A stretch of 64,000 nt of DNA from Dicyema japonicum (lineage: Eukaryota > Animalia > Dicyemida), in contig RDEW01000020.1 of NCBI GenBank assembly GCA_011109175.1, positions 676,514 to 740,513 on the forward strand, given 5' to 3'. A program made the translations under genes and the position numbers. Under the pieces are notes generated by a model. That model was not told the DNA's origin. It searched no databases and was given only the letters and a program-made list of their open reading frames with translations. Within the stretch, counting starts at the first letter, position 1, and every line of letters starts with the position of its first letter. Below are positions 63,351-64,000 of the stretch, piece after piece.

Positions 63351-64000
63351 AGGAAAATCCAAAAAACTATCTTTCAGTGATTTATGTAGTATAATCCTTA
63401 TTTAAGTTACCGAAAACTCTAGAATCTCCAATTCCCTTCTGAAAAAAGTCCAGACTGTTCAGAAAAATAAAAAGAATCGCCACCTTAACAGTAGGTCTCT
63501 CACTTACTTGCAGAAGAGTCCTTTTGGAAGAATCGCTACATTGAAGAGAAGATAAACACAATATTTTTAGAAACCAAGAGGGACAACCTGACGGACACGT
63601 ACAAGGAATACTGCAAGAACTTGAAGGATCAGGTGGAACGGAAAGATGGAATAAATGAAGTATTTGTTACTCTTTTTTAAGAAAATTCAAAAATTGAATT
63701 CAGAAGTGAGTGAATTGCTGAAAGTTATTTCGAAGGTGGAATTTGAAATTAATAGAATTAATTTTCTTTCTCATATTATCTTAAACTAAATTTAATTTGT
63801 TATATGGACTCGGTCACTTTGTGGACCACAAGATCTCTTGTCCAAACTCATATCATCTGAATGATCGTAGTGTCCAATTTTGTTTAATACTTTTTTGTTA
63901 TCTACCAGTCTTTTCATTTAAAGAACCATTTCAGATGGCATGGATAAACTACGAGAACGCACTCTCGTCAGGAACAAGAGAAAAATGTGGTAGCAATTGG

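Overview
AT-rich eukaryotic (animal-type) genomic DNA read in the standard genetic code. Five intact host genes carry extremely short spliceosomal introns, which I decoded by hand: 44 introns, 42 of them 19-29 nt with a mode of 22-23 nt. The genes are a non-muscle-type myosin II heavy chain (18 introns), a DAZAP1/Hrb27C-like two-RRM protein, Rab27, CFAP20 and importin-beta (KPNB1). The window also holds the 5' end of a second tandem myosin II, a tRNA-Leu(CAG), and a short CEP152/Asterless-like gene broken by a SINE and a nonsense codon. Animal genes, a ciliary gene and ~23-nt introns together suggest a dicyemid mesozoan (inference, not shown by the sequence). Most of the remaining DNA is decayed non-LTR retrotransposons: at least 11 CRE-like RLE fragments plus RTE and Jockey/I-like LINEs. 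There are also SINEs, MITE/foldback repeats, a segmental duplication and intron-bearing pseudogene remnants. The strongest leads are the apparently length-defined splicing with GT-TG, GC-AG and possibly GT-GG junctions and a class of double-length 48-49 nt introns, a SINE family with a shared core but swapped LINE-derived tails, and the disrupted mini-CEP152. Several local duplications straddle single Ns and are probably assembly artefacts. Coordinates of decayed repeats are approximate.
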